64,000 bases of DNA, taken from assembly GCA_029253965.1 (NCBI GenBank), contig JAQWYM010000004.1, forward strand, positions 44,546-108,545. Reading direction: 5' to 3'. Source of the stretch: Gammaproteobacteria bacterium. GTDB taxonomy: Bacteria; Pseudomonadota; Gammaproteobacteria; UBA4575. Below are positions 29,193 through 38,910 of this stretch, in pieces (positions within the stretch are counted from its first letter, which is position 1; each line of letters opens with the position of its first letter). The notes beneath the pieces were generated by a model, which made no database searches, was not told the DNA's origin, and was given only the letters and a program-made list of their open reading frames with translations. Position numbers and translations under genes: made by a program.

Positions 29193-29211
29193 TAGAAATG
29201 ATAATCATCAA
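29193..29211. promoter_or_regulatory. Fur-box-like sequence upstream of the HNH-hemH genes
   Basis: agaaATGATAATCATcaat contains the exact 11-nt core ATGATAATCAT of the Fur consensus GATAATGATAATCATTATC. The match is 13/19 overall. Confidence 0.35.
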
Positions 29212-29490
29212 TTGATTTTATGTGTATTGAAATCAACGGCTTATAAAAATAACACGGTACCGATGGAAAAACGCTCCAAAACTAGCAGAGCTTATTTCAG
29301 TTTGTGCATAAAGCACATTAACTTAGTCTCTCAAGCACCAATATAGTGTGTAAAAGCACGGTTAAAAAGTGTCATTGAGCCGCCAACAAAGCCATTAAGA
29401 CGTATATTACTGCTGCACTGTTTACCAACTTGTCAGAGTGCAATGCGCCCTTTACAGTGTCAACCTGATATCTCCTTTGGAGTTAGTGAA

Positions 29491-30081
29491 ATGCAGTCGC
29501 TTTGGCAACAGGTTTTACGAACAGATGCTGCGGGTATGCCGCTTGAGTGGATCAACTATCAAGATGCCGCTCGTCTCTACTATGCACAGCAGGTAGCCTA
29601 CACCTGCGGTGAGCTATTATATGTCGTTCATGGTGGTTTTAACTCACTGGATCAGCAGCAGAGTACGATAGAAGTTAATTCCATTATTGCTACTTATGGC
29701 AGTAATCACTCGCTGCATCAGAGTTATGTCCCGCCACTCAATAATAAAACCCTATTTAAACGAGATGGCCATGTTTGTCTCTACTGTGGCATTAACTTCG
29801 AGGGTCGAGATTTGTCACGAGATCACGTCACGCCAATCAGTTTAGGTGGGGCAGACTCATGGAATAACGTCGTCACCGCCTGTAAGCGCTGCAATAACAG
29901 AAAGGCAGATAAGCAACCCGAAGAAGCGGGCATGCAGTTGCTTGCAGTGCCTTTTACACCCACGCATGCCGAGTATATTTACCTGCAAGGTCGGCGGGTT
30001 TTAGCGGATCAGATGCGTTTTTTACTGGCACATTTCCCACGTACAAGCCCTTTACATAAGAGGCTCAGTAAGCTTTCGTAA
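29491..30081 (+). CDS. HNH endonuclease family protein
   Basis: HNH motif DHVTPISLGGADSWNNVVTACKRCNNRK, plus CLYCG. I prefer the start at MQSLWQQ (GGAG 9 nt upstream); the track ORF starts at 29443. Confidence 0.8.
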   Translation: MQSLWQQVLRTDAAGMPLEWINYQDAARLYYAQQVAYTCGELLYVVHGGFNSLDQQQSTIEVNSIIATYGSNHSLHQSYVPPLNNKTLFKRDGHVCLYCGINFEGRDLSRDHVTPISLGGADSWNNVVTACKRCNNRKADKQPEEAGMQLLAVPFTPTHAEYIYLQGRRVLADQMRFLLAHFPRTSPLHKRLSKLS

Positions 30082-30142
30082 AACGACTGTATAGACGGTA
30101 TGCTATGGCGTCTAACATCTATCTCATTAAGATCTAACAGCC

Positions 30143-31252
30143 ATGGCATATAACGGTACCCCCGATTACGATCACGCTAATCCAGCACGCGTTGGTTTAT
30201 TACTAACCAACCTAGGCACGCCAGAAGCAGCAACGCCTAAAGCACTTCGAAAATATCTCGCAGAATTTCTTTGGGATCCTCGGGTAGTCGAAATTCCGCG
30301 GCCCATCTGGTGGTTGATCCTTAATCTTATTATTTTAAACGTGCGCCCAAAACGCAGTGCCGAGACCTACGCTAAAATATGGACTCCAGCTGGCTCGCCG
30401 TTGATGCAACATACCTTAGATCAAACAGCTGCAGTGAAACAGTATTTAGCCGCTGTTGATTTGTCAGAAATAGAAGTCGCCTGTGCCATGCGTTATGGTC
30501 AGCCGAGTATCGAGTCAACCTTACATGAGCTGCAGAAAAAGAACGTTACGCGTTTATTGGTGATGCCCTTATACCCGCAGTACTCAGCAGCAACAACAGC
30601 CTCTACATTTGATGCGGTAGCGCAGACATTGAGTAAGATGCGCTGGATGCCTGAGCTGAGATTTGTAAATCAGTATTGTGATCAGCCACTTTTCATTAAA
30701 GCCTGTGCCAAACAAATCAGTGATTATTGGAAAGCTAATAAGCGCAATGAAAAACTCTTATTTTCATTCCATGGCGTACCCAAAAGGTATTTGATGCAGG
30801 GTGATCCCTACCACTGCCAATGCCATAAAACAGCGCGTTTGATTGCTGAAGAACTAGGCATATCCAGTGATGAATACCTAACCACCTTCCAGTCTCGCTT
30901 TGGCCGTGAAGAATGGTTAAAGCCTTATACGGATGAAACCTTAGAACAGCTAGGTAAGGAAAAACTGGGGTCTATTGATATTTTCTGCCCAGGCTTTTCA
31001 TCTGATTGTGTTGAGACCTTAGAAGAAATGGACATGCTCAATCGCGAGGTCTTCACGGATGCAGGGGGTGGTGATTTTCAATATATACCAGCACTCAATG
31101 CAACACCTCATCATGTTCAGGCGATCAGTGAAATTGCACTGCAGCATATGCAAGGCTGGCCACAGGTTTCAGCAGAGTATGATTGGCAGGCACATCATAA
31201 AGAGCGTGCCGAGAGCCGTCGACTCGCACTGGCCATGGGCTCAGATAAGTAA
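30143..31252 (+). CDS. hemH: Ferrochelatase
   Basis: 369 aa with LLTNLGTP, MRYGQPSI, PLYPQYS, FSFHGVP and PGFSSDCVETLEE motifs. Confidence 0.93.
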   Translation: MAYNGTPDYDHANPARVGLLLTNLGTPEAATPKALRKYLAEFLWDPRVVEIPRPIWWLILNLIILNVRPKRSAETYAKIWTPAGSPLMQHTLDQTAAVKQYLAAVDLSEIEVACAMRYGQPSIESTLHELQKKNVTRLLVMPLYPQYSAATTASTFDAVAQTLSKMRWMPELRFVNQYCDQPLFIKACAKQISDYWKANKRNEKLLFSFHGVPKRYLMQGDPYHCQCHKTARLIAEELGISSDEYLTTFQSRFGREEWLKPYTDETLEQLGKEKLGSIDIFCPGFSSDCVETLEEMDMLNREVFTDAGGGDFQYIPALNATPHHVQAISEIALQHMQGWPQVSAEYDWQAHHKERAESRRLALAMGSDK

Positions 31253-31286
31253 GTGTTGTCAGGTGAAAGCGCTAGACGAACTGCGG

Positions 31287-32183
31287 TTAGCTAGTCGCTA
31301 TCAGCCTTTGCCAACGCTCTCTGCGTAAACTACCGAACTGAAACTCATCAAATAAAGCGGTTAACTCATCTAAGTTACAGGCGGCACGGTGAAAGCGCAG
31401 GTCTTCATCAACCACTTCAGCATCGCAGACAATCTCTGTTAAGCGCTTACACAGGAGAATAGTTTCACGGTGTTCCTGTATTAATTCCATGATGCGTTTC
31501 GGGCCACGAATTTTCATTTCTGCAATCGCAGGAATATTCTCCAGCATCTGATCAATCGATCCGAATTTGGTTAACAGGCGAGCGGCAGTGGTCATGCCGA
31601 TACCGGGGACACCAGGAATATTGTCGACCTTGTCACCGGCTAACGCTAGCTGATCAGCAATTTGTTCTGGAAACACACCATAGTGTTTTTTAATCTGTTT
31701 TGGGTCGAGACGTTTATCTCGAGCATAATCCCAAAAGGTATCATCGGTACTTATCAACTGGGCTAAATCTTTGTCTGCACTTAAGATGGTGACGCGATAG
31801 CCCTGTCTGCGAGCAATGGCTGCAGCGGTACCAATAATGTCATCTGCCTCATAGCGGTTACTGCTAATCACGTTGTAACCTAAAGCTTCAAGAAAGCGGC
31901 GACAAAACTGAAATTGTCGTCTCAGATCTTCAGGCGTCGGATCACGGTTCGCCTTGTAGGGTGGGTAAATTGAATTGCGAAAAGAGCTGCTAAGACTTTC
32001 ATCAAAAGCAAAAACAAGGCGCTCAGGCTGGTGTTGTTCTATCAGGCCAGCAACGAAATCACTGAAGCCATAAACCGCATTTACCGGCTCATTATGCTGA
32101 TTGCGCAGGGTATCAGGTAGGGTGAACCAAGCACGGAAAATATAGATACTGGAATCAACCAGATAGGCATCAGAAGTCGGCAT
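31287..32183 (-). CDS. Stand-alone 5'-3' exonuclease / flap endonuclease (PIN plus H3TH domains)
   Basis: 298 aa. Parallels the polA N-terminal domain (YLVDSSIYIFRAWF, SADKDLAQL, GDKVDNIPGVPGIG). Confidence 0.85.
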   Translation of the reverse strand: MPTSDAYLVDSSIYIFRAWFTLPDTLRNQHNEPVNAVYGFSDFVAGLIEQHQPERLVFAFDESLSSSFRNSIYPPYKANRDPTPEDLRRQFQFCRRFLEALGYNVISSNRYEADDIIGTAAAIARRQGYRVTILSADKDLAQLISTDDTFWDYARDKRLDPKQIKKHYGVFPEQIADQLALAGDKVDNIPGVPGIGMTTAARLLTKFGSIDQMLENIPAIAEMKIRGPKRIMELIQEHRETILLCKRLTEIVCDAEVVDEDLRFHRAACNLDELTALFDEFQFGSLRRERWQRLIATS

Positions 32184-32328
32184 GAGTGTTCTTTATAAAA
32201 AGTAAGTGATTGAGTATAACTAAAATGCTGCGAGGGTCTTGCTTTGTTAGAAGTGAATTCCTTTTAATCTTACAAAGAAAATAAGTGCAGAGATTATTTA
32301 GCAATTACAGGCGGAGCCAGATGAGGAT

Positions 32329-33774
32329 TTATTCGACAATTTTTATCTTCTTGCCGACACTAGGTTCGCCTCTCGGGTAAAGCCCATTAATGAGTCGCAA
32401 CTGCTCTTCAGCATGTGAACTTAGTGGTGAGCTTTTAGCTAAGCTATTAAAGGTGTCACCTTTTTTAGCAGTGATGAGCTTAAGCCGTTGTGGTTCTGCT
32501 AAATGGAACTGATTGCTGCGTAATTTATTCAGGCTGTGAATAGTGGCAAGAAAGTCTGAGTCATATTTTTTCAGTAGTGCATCACTTTTAGCGCTAGCCA
32601 AAAAGAGGTAGACCTTCTTTTCTTGATAGATGGCTGCGACACGCGTTTTCCGTTTTCCGAAAGATGTTTCCACCGAGGTAATGCCCGTATAGCCCTGCAA
32701 GCTATTGCTATTAATCTTTTGGCCCTCTCTGAGGCCTTTGAAATGTTTCTTTAAATAGTGTTTTGGTGTGATGCGTTTATTGCGGTCACTTATCATGACT
32801 TGTATAAAGCCATCTCTGGCTGAATGATTAGCAATGATGCGATCGTTAAGATTATCGATCAGCCAGCCCTGTGGGAAACGTAAAGTGATCCCCAGTGCTT
32901 TATGATAAAACTGATTATTGCGGACGATGCCAGCCGCAGCATGACTACCCAATACCATGCCATCAGTGAGCTCAAGAAAGCGATCTTGTTTATCTCTCTT
33001 CTTTTCATTACGAAACTGATTGGCAGCACGAATAACTTCCTGCAGACGCTGATCATTTTTTGGGTGTGACGAGAAGAGGCCGTGATAAGCCCGTGCCGGG
33101 CGATTTTCTTCCTTGGCTAATTGCTTATCAAAAGCCTCCTGTGACTTGAGGATGGCGACGACATCAATCATTTTTTCGGGATCATAACCGCTGCGTGCAA
33201 GATACTCTGCGCCCAGACGGTCTGCTTCTAACTCATGTTCACGGCCATAGCCTTTTAAGAGTGCCGTGCCGGCAATATTGGTTAGGTCAGAAACACCATA
33301 GGTACCGACAGATGCAGTGATGACACGGCTGAGCATGCCGGTCAGTGTAGAGGCGGTATGTTGGCGTACACCATGTCTGGCGGTGACATGCCCAATCTCA
33401 TGCCCTAGGACGCCGGCTAATTCGGCCTCAGAGTTCATGTAAGCCATGATTCCACGCGTGATATAGAGATAACCGCCTGGCAAAGCAAAGGCATTCACCT
33501 CTGGACTGTCGAGTACAGTGACATGAAAAAGTAATTGATCACGATGACTGCTACGGGCTAACTCTTCAACGATAGCTGAAACATACGCCTGTAATTCTGG
33601 ATCGGGGTAGACCGTATACTGTTTTAGTAGCTGTTGATGGTATTTGCGGCCCAGTGCAATCTCTTGCTCTTCAGTCATTAAGACTAGATCGGGACGTCCG
33701 CTGACAGGATTGGATGAGCAGCCGTAGTTGAAGCTAATAAGGGCTAAAAGTAGTAACGCAACAATGCGGGGCAT
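32329..33774 (-). CDS. M48 family zinc metalloprotease lipoprotein with a C-terminal LysM-like domain
   Basis: Lipobox LISFNYGC, HEIGHV zinc motif, and a C-terminal KKGDTFNSLAK...INGL segment resembling LysM. Confidence 0.82.
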   Translation of the reverse strand: MPRIVALLLLALISFNYGCSSNPVSGRPDLVLMTEEQEIALGRKYHQQLLKQYTVYPDPELQAYVSAIVEELARSSHRDQLLFHVTVLDSPEVNAFALPGGYLYITRGIMAYMNSEAELAGVLGHEIGHVTARHGVRQHTASTLTGMLSRVITASVGTYGVSDLTNIAGTALLKGYGREHELEADRLGAEYLARSGYDPEKMIDVVAILKSQEAFDKQLAKEENRPARAYHGLFSSHPKNDQRLQEVIRAANQFRNEKKRDKQDRFLELTDGMVLGSHAAAGIVRNNQFYHKALGITLRFPQGWLIDNLNDRIIANHSARDGFIQVMISDRNKRITPKHYLKKHFKGLREGQKINSNSLQGYTGITSVETSFGKRKTRVAAIYQEKKVYLFLASAKSDALLKKYDSDFLATIHSLNKLRSNQFHLAEPQRLKLITAKKGDTFNSLAKSSPLSSHAEEQLRLINGLYPRGEPSVGKKIKIVE

Positions 33775-33884
33775 AGCGATGAGGGCGTGGCTAATGACCT
33801 AACAATTATAACAGCTAGCCGGACTCAGTCGAGCGACTAAGTCATTGATAAACCGGAGGAAAGCTTGAGGTGTGAGCTTTAACC

Positions 33885-33919
33885 CCTGAGCAATAGTTAG
33901 AGTACCGCTATTGCTCAGG
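33885..33919 (-). terminator. 12-bp stem hairpin just downstream of rpmE (no U-tract)
   Basis: CCTGAGCAATAG - 11-nt loop - CTATTGCTCAGG, 10 nt after the rpmE stop. The lack of a T-run lowers confidence that it is an intrinsic terminator. Confidence 0.4.
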
Positions 33920-33928
33920 AATACGGGC

Positions 33929-34132
33929 TTACTTGCCGTATCGGCGACGGAACTTGTCGACCTGACCAGCAGTATCTAGCATTTTCTGCTTACCGGTATA
34001 GAACGGATGGCATTTCGCACATACGTCTATGCTTAAAGCACTGTCACTGTAGGTTGAGCGAGTTTCGAAAGTTGCTCCGCAACTACAAGTCACAGCAGTT
34101 GCTGTGTATTCTGGATGGGTATCTGGTTTCAT
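33929..34132 (-). CDS. rpmE: 50S ribosomal protein L31 (zinc-binding type A)
   Basis: MKPDTHPEY start and CxC...CxxCHPFYTG motifs. 67 aa. Confidence 0.96.
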   Translation of the reverse strand: MKPDTHPEYTATAVTCSCGATFETRSTYSDSALSIDVCAKCHPFYTGKQKMLDTAGQVDKFRRRYGK

Positions 34133-34266
34133 TTTATTAGCCTAAATCGCGAGCGCAAATCATAGATCAGAATGGGTTGTCCTGACAATAGCCTAAATAG
34201 AAAAACTTTCTCACCGAAAGTAACCGGAGTTGCTGCTAAGTTGTTGTGTTAATTGGGAAAGATTGG

Positions 34267-34301
34267 TTATCCACAAAATCTGTGGATAAAACTGTGGATG
34301 A
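34267..34301. promoter_or_regulatory. Cluster of three DnaA boxes upstream of rpmE
   Basis: TTATCCACA (34267-34275), TGTGGATAA (34281-34289) and TGTGGATGA (34293-34301). Two are perfect 9-mers forming a palindrome. The third is 8/9 and phased 12 bp from the second. Confidence 0.6.
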
Positions 34302-34506
34302 AATAAGCGTAAGTGATTATTTATCGGTAAATATAGCTTTCCTGTTACATCGTACAAATATTAAGCAATAAAATAAGTTGTTGATTAATATAGTAAAAAA
34401 TACTTTTTCAATTAAATTTACGATGTTACTAAAGACTTTGCTTGCAATTTTATGCTGGCTTTTGCCAGGTGTGCATAAGCGTAAAAAAAAGGGCTTCAGA
34501 ATGGCT

Positions 34507-34704
34507 TTAAAACGTATCATCCGCACATAGAAAGCGGACCTCTGAGATTCCAGTCTCTATATTAGGAAGCACTAAAATTTGGATCGCCTGACAGCACACA
34601 GTACAGTCTTCAAAATATTCTTGAGCTTCTTCTAAGGGCTCGATAAAAAACTCGATGGCTTCACCGCAATAGGGACAGGAATGGGTAGCAGACTCAAGGT
34701 TCAT
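34507..34704 (-). CDS. CPXCG motif-containing cysteine-rich small protein
   Basis: Contains CPYCGE...CTVCC. Its start overlaps the hemW stop by 4 nt, so it is probably translationally coupled. Confidence 0.65.
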   Translation of the reverse strand: MNLESATHSCPYCGEAIEFFIEPLEEAQEYFEDCTVCCQAIQILVLPNIETGISEVRFLCADDTF

Positions 34705-35870
34705 GGCGTTTCTACAAGGAATTCCTGTAATAGGCTATCAAGAAAACGGTAGGCGTGCTCGCTTGCAAAATAACGCCCCTCTGACTGCTCGAGGTGGCCT
34801 AAGGCGAGTAAACGCTCGACTTGAATGGCAATGTCCTGCCAGTTTAAATGGGTGCGTTGTGCAAAGTCTGCGGCACTAAAACCACGGCGCAACCGCAGTT
34901 GATTGAGCATAAATTCAAAAATAAGGTCATTTGACCCTAGTGTCCTCAGCTGAATCACCTGCGTCTGTTCTTTCACCGCTAACAAATAACTGCTCGGTTG
35001 GCGCACGCGTTGGAAACGTTTGCTCTCTTGATCCACGGTTAACTTACTATGTGCGCCGGCGCCTATGCCTAGATAGTCACCAAACTGCCAATAATTTAGA
35101 TTATGCCGACACTGCGCACCTATCTTACTAAAGGCAGAGACTTCATAACGAGTATAACCGGCAGCACTAATGGCTGACATTGCGGCCGCCTGTATGTCAG
35201 CAGCTTCATCTAGTGACGGTATAACTGGCGGAAAGCGATGAAATCGTGTGTTTGGTTCTATGGTCAGTTGATAATAAGACAGATGTGGCAGCGCTAAGGC
35301 ACAGGCCTGAGCAACATCATCTAAGGCCTGCGCTAAGGTCTGTCCGGGTAAGGCAAACATTAAATCAATATTGATGTTCTCAAAGCCTAGCTGTTGTGCG
35401 GTGCGAACCGTATGCAGTGCTTCATCACGACCATGTATGCGCTCTAATTTCTTCAGCTGCTCAGGATCAAAGCTCTGTACGCCAATAGATAGGCGATTGA
35501 CCCCAGCCAATTTAAAGCCAGCAAATTTTTCAGCTTCAAAGGTCCCCGGGTTGGTTTCCAGAGTGATTTCACAATCACTGCTGAGGTTTAACTGTTGCTG
35601 GCAGGCATTCAAGATCTTCGAGATGGCGGCTGCCGAAAACAGGCTGGGAGTGCCGCCACCAATAAAGATTGATTGCACACTACGGCCCTGGAGCTCGTCT
35701 TTGCCCAGCATTAAGTCAGCTATTAGTGCCGTTACATAATCATCTTCAGGGAAGGCATTAGCGGCCGTTGCGTGTGAATTGAAGTCACAGTAACCGCATT
35801 TATGTAAACACCATGGGATGTGGATGTAGAGGCTTAAAGAGTCGTTTGGCACGGGCAATAACAGGCTCAA
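34701..35870 (-). CDS. hemW: Radical SAM haem chaperone HemW (HemN-like, oxygen-independent coproporphyrinogen oxidase family)
   Basis: CLHKCGYCDF radical-SAM cluster motif and GGGTPS. 389 aa. Sits downstream of rdgB, as in other gammaproteobacteria. Confidence 0.9.
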   Translation of the reverse strand: MSLLLPVPNDSLSLYIHIPWCLHKCGYCDFNSHATAANAFPEDDYVTALIADLMLGKDELQGRSVQSIFIGGGTPSLFSAAAISKILNACQQQLNLSSDCEITLETNPGTFEAEKFAGFKLAGVNRLSIGVQSFDPEQLKKLERIHGRDEALHTVRTAQQLGFENINIDLMFALPGQTLAQALDDVAQACALALPHLSYYQLTIEPNTRFHRFPPVIPSLDEAADIQAAAMSAISAAGYTRYEVSAFSKIGAQCRHNLNYWQFGDYLGIGAGAHSKLTVDQESKRFQRVRQPSSYLLAVKEQTQVIQLRTLGSNDLIFEFMLNQLRLRRGFSAADFAQRTHLNWQDIAIQVERLLALGHLEQSEGRYFASEHAYRFLDSLLQEFLVETP

Positions 35871-36487
35871 GTTTGTAACAACCAGATCGGCAATAACGCT
35901 TTTAACTGTTGCAAGGCTTGCGCTCGATGGCTGATACGATTTTTCACTTCAGTCGCCAATTCAGCAGCAGCACAGTGCGTGCTATTAACCCAAAAAATCG
36001 GATCATAGCCAAAACCCGCATCACCGCTGGGCTGCTGCATAATATGCCCTTCCCAGCTACCACTACAGATCAGTGGTGTTGGGTCTAAGGCATGGCGCAT
36101 GGCGACAATCACGCACTGGAAGCGAGCGCTACGCTGTTCTTTGTCGATGCCCTGAAGAGCGTCTAATAATTTTTTATTATTATCAGTGGTATCACAGTTA
36201 GGGCCGGCATAACGTGCTGAATAGATACCGGGGGCACCTTGTAGCGCATCAACTTCAATCCCCGAATCATCGGCGATAGCCATCAACCCGGTTTGCTCTG
36301 CAGCATGACGCGCCTTGATCAAAGCATTCTCAACGAAGCTTAGGCCGGTTTCCTCAGCCTCTTCTAACTGCCATTCACTTTGTGCACGAAGATCTAAGCC
36401 AGTCGACGCAAGGATAGCGGTGATTTCTCGCAGCTTGCCTTGATTGCCGCTGGCTAAAACGACTTGCTTAGGATTTATTTCAGACAT
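35867..36487 (-). CDS. rdgB: dITP/XTP pyrophosphatase (RdgB/HAM1 family)
   Basis: [33 protein letters not shown] and GFGYDPIF motifs. Confidence 0.92.
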   Translation of the reverse strand: MSEINPKQVVLASGNQGKLREITAILASTGLDLRAQSEWQLEEAEETGLSFVENALIKARHAAEQTGLMAIADDSGIEVDALQGAPGIYSARYAGPNCDTTDNNKKLLDALQGIDKEQRSARFQCVIVAMRHALDPTPLICSGSWEGHIMQQPSGDAGFGYDPIFWVNSTHCAAAELATEVKNRISHRAQALQQLKALLPIWLLQT

Positions 36488-37188
36488 GCCTTTTGCTGTT
36501 CAATAATATGGCTGATACCGTCTTTAGCAAGCGCTAACATGGCATTCAGCTCATCCTGACTAAAAGTCTGACCTTCGGCCGTACCTTGTACTTCAATGAA
36601 TTCACCGAGCTCATTCATGACCACGTTCATGTCAGTTTCAGCCTGTGAATCTTCAGCGTAATCAAGGTCAAGTACTGCAGTTTGCTTAAACACACCGACA
36701 GAGACAGAGGCTACAAATTGATCAATTGGTGATTGTGCAATGGCTTTACTTGCCAATAACGCGTTAATTGCGTCATGCAAAGCAACAAAGCTACCACTGA
36801 TTGCCGCGGTGCGTGTGCCACCATCGGCCTGTAAGACATCACAATCAATGTGAATGGTGTGCTCGCCTAATCGTTTCAGATCGATACTGGCGCGAAGACT
36901 GCGGCCAATCAGACGTTGGATCTCTTGGGTGCGTCCAGATTGTTTGCCGCGGGCGGCCTCACGTGGCATGCGTGAGCCGGTTGAGCGCGGCAACATACCG
37001 TATTCAGCCGTGACCCAGCCTTGACCTTTGTCACGCATCCACGGAGGCACACGGTTTTCAATGGAGGCGGTGCAAAGTACCTTAGTATCGCCAAATTCGA
37101 CCAAAACAGAACCCTCGGCATGCTTGGTGTAGTTTCGTGTAAAACGAATTTCTCGTGCTTGATTTGCTTCTCGGCCACTAGGTCGCAT
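36475..37188 (-). CDS. rph: Ribonuclease PH
   Basis: MRPSGR start, [11 protein letters not shown] and [13 protein letters not shown] motifs. 237 aa. Confidence 0.96.
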   Translation of the reverse strand: MRPSGREANQAREIRFTRNYTKHAEGSVLVEFGDTKVLCTASIENRVPPWMRDKGQGWVTAEYGMLPRSTGSRMPREAARGKQSGRTQEIQRLIGRSLRASIDLKRLGEHTIHIDCDVLQADGGTRTAAISGSFVALHDAINALLASKAIAQSPIDQFVASVSVGVFKQTAVLDLDYAEDSQAETDMNVVMNELGEFIEVQGTAEGQTFSQDELNAMLALAKDGISHIIEQQKACLK

Positions 37189-37353
37189 CGGTTTCTCCAG
37201 TTGAATGTGCTGGCGCGCATTATACGAGAATTCAGCATGAACACTATGCGCTAAATGGGGCAGTCATGATTAAAGAGGTTACGAAGGTATTTTTAGCCCC
37301 CCTCTGTTAATCTGCAAGATCATAGTTGGCTATATAAAAGACTGGGGAAAGTA

Positions 37354-38220
37354 ATGTTGAAGAGCATGACCGCATTTTCACGCGTACAGACACATCATGA
37401 CGCGACTGAGATCGTATGGGAAATACGCTCGATTAATCATCGTTACTTAGAAACCTCTTTTCGTTTACCCGAAGAATTACGCGCATTAGAATTTGATTTG
37501 CGCAAGATAGCGCAAGAACATTTGAGTAGAGGCAAGTTAGATTGTATTTTTCGCTTAAGCAATGCTAACCAAGAAGTGACTGAGCTATCGCTTAATCAGC
37601 CGCTGCTAGATGCGCTTATACAACAAGCACAAGCAGTCAGCGCTCGGTTGGGTGAAAGCACGCCAGCAACCGCATTAGAGCTTTTGAGCTGGCCTGGCGT
37701 GGTGGCGAAAAAATCACTAGATCATGCGCAGTTAGCGCTACAAAGTAAGACCTTGTTTAAGCAAGGCCTACAAGACCTGGTTGAGCATCGTCAGCTTGAA
37801 GGTGGTCGTATGACCGAGTTAATCGCACAACGCGGCCAACAAATGCGTACCTTAGTGCAGCAGGTTCGTCTGCGCCGGCCGTTAGTGCTGGAGGCTATTC
37901 GTGAGAAGATTAAAGGGCGTATTGCTGAGTTTGATATAGATATGGAGCCCGCTCGTTTAGAGCAAGAGCTGGTCTTTTTAATGCAGAAATTAGATGTTGC
38001 TGAAGAGTTAGATCGACTTGATAGCCATCTCACCGAATTAGAAGATATCTTGCAACAGGATGAAGCTGTTGGACGGCGCTTAGATTTCTTAATGCAAGAG
38101 TTTAATCGTGAGGCAAATACTTTAGGCTCGAAGTCAGCCGACATTGTTACCACTCAAGCCACCGTTGATATGAAGGTCGCGATTGAACAGATGCGTGAAC
38201 AAATCCAAAATATTGAATGA
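37354..38220 (+). CDS. yicC: YicC family stress-induced protein
   Basis: MLKSMTAFSR, SINHRYLE and EFNREANTLGSKS motifs. Divergent from rph, as in E. coli. Confidence 0.88.
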   Translation: MLKSMTAFSRVQTHHDATEIVWEIRSINHRYLETSFRLPEELRALEFDLRKIAQEHLSRGKLDCIFRLSNANQEVTELSLNQPLLDALIQQAQAVSARLGESTPATALELLSWPGVVAKKSLDHAQLALQSKTLFKQGLQDLVEHRQLEGGRMTELIAQRGQQMRTLVQQVRLRRPLVLEAIREKIKGRIAEFDIDMEPARLEQELVFLMQKLDVAEELDRLDSHLTELEDILQQDEAVGRRLDFLMQEFNREANTLGSKSADIVTTQATVDMKVAIEQMREQIQNIE

Positions 38221-38335
38221 TGCCGCAGTCAGTCACTAAGCAAAGGTAATGGCTAGGGTTAGTGGTGAAGGGTGATTAATTGATGTTTACACCTTATGCT
38301 TAATATTAATAATTTATAGTCAAAGAGTTGAATAA

Positions 38336-38818
38336 ATGGATCTGAAGATTTTTTGCACCGGCGGTACCTTTGATAAAATTTATTTTGATGCGCTGAGTGA
38401 TTACAAGATTGGTGAGCCGCAAATTGAATGGATCATGAAGCAGGCCAATGTCGATTTTGACTATACGATCGAGAGTATCCTGAAAAAGGATAGCTTAGAG
38501 ATTAGTGATGAAGATAGAGCGCTGATCGTAGCGGCAGTTTCGGCGGATGACTGTCAGCGTATTATCATTACGCACGGTACAGATACGATGCCACAGACGG
38601 CAAGGGCACTACAAAGTGTTACTGATAAAACCATAGTCTTGCTGGGTGCCATGCAGCCAGCACGTTTTCGAGACAGTGATGCACTTTTCAATAGTGGCTT
38701 TGCAGTGGCCGCTGCCAAACTTTTGCCAGCAGGAGTTTATGTTGCCATGAATGGTCAGGTTTTTAATGCTGATCAAGTGCAAAAAAACCGCGAGGCAGGG
38801 ATTTTTGAGGCAAAATAA
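38336..38818 (+). CDS. Asparaginase N-terminal-domain-only protein
   Basis: 160 aa with CTGGTFDK and ITHGTDTM motifs matching the catalytic N-domain of type I asparaginases/GatD. No C-terminal domain. Confidence 0.6.
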   Translation: MDLKIFCTGGTFDKIYFDALSDYKIGEPQIEWIMKQANVDFDYTIESILKKDSLEISDEDRALIVAAVSADDCQRIIITHGTDTMPQTARALQSVTDKTIVLLGAMQPARFRDSDALFNSGFAVAAAKLLPAGVYVAMNGQVFNADQVQKNREAGIFEAK

Positions 38819-38829
38819 TCTTGCCTCAA
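38805..38829 (+). terminator. Hairpin spanning the stop codon of the asparaginase-like gene
   Basis: TTGAGGCAA - 7-nt loop - TTGCCTCAA, a perfect 9-bp stem. A TTTT run follows after 5 nt. Confidence 0.45.
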
Positions 38830-38910
38830 GCCTGTTTTGAATCCGCCATAAAATGATGCCTTTGCCGATGTTGTAGCGACATACGATGCAGTTTTAGTGA
38901 TTAGAGAGTT

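Noticed and set aside
29443-30081. HNH endonuclease as part of a mobile element or defence system
   Set aside because: It is a single gene in core-like composition, with no partner methylase, no intron or intein context and no flanking repeats. It looks like a conserved stand-alone HNH family member.
34133-34506. Possible chromosomal origin (oriC): DnaA boxes next to a very AT-rich stretch
   Set aside because: There are only three boxes. I see no repeated 13-mer-type unwinding elements and only one GATC. The flanking genes (rpmE, hemW operon) are not the usual origin neighbours (dnaA/dnaN, gidA/mioC, rpmH). It is more likely a regulatory or titration site, and is reported as such.
34317-34526. 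69-aa minus-strand ORF in the rpmE upstream spacer
   Set aside because: It lies in AT-rich DNA, gives a low-complexity hydrophobic translation, has no SD and overlaps the end of the CPXCG gene. It is probably spurious.
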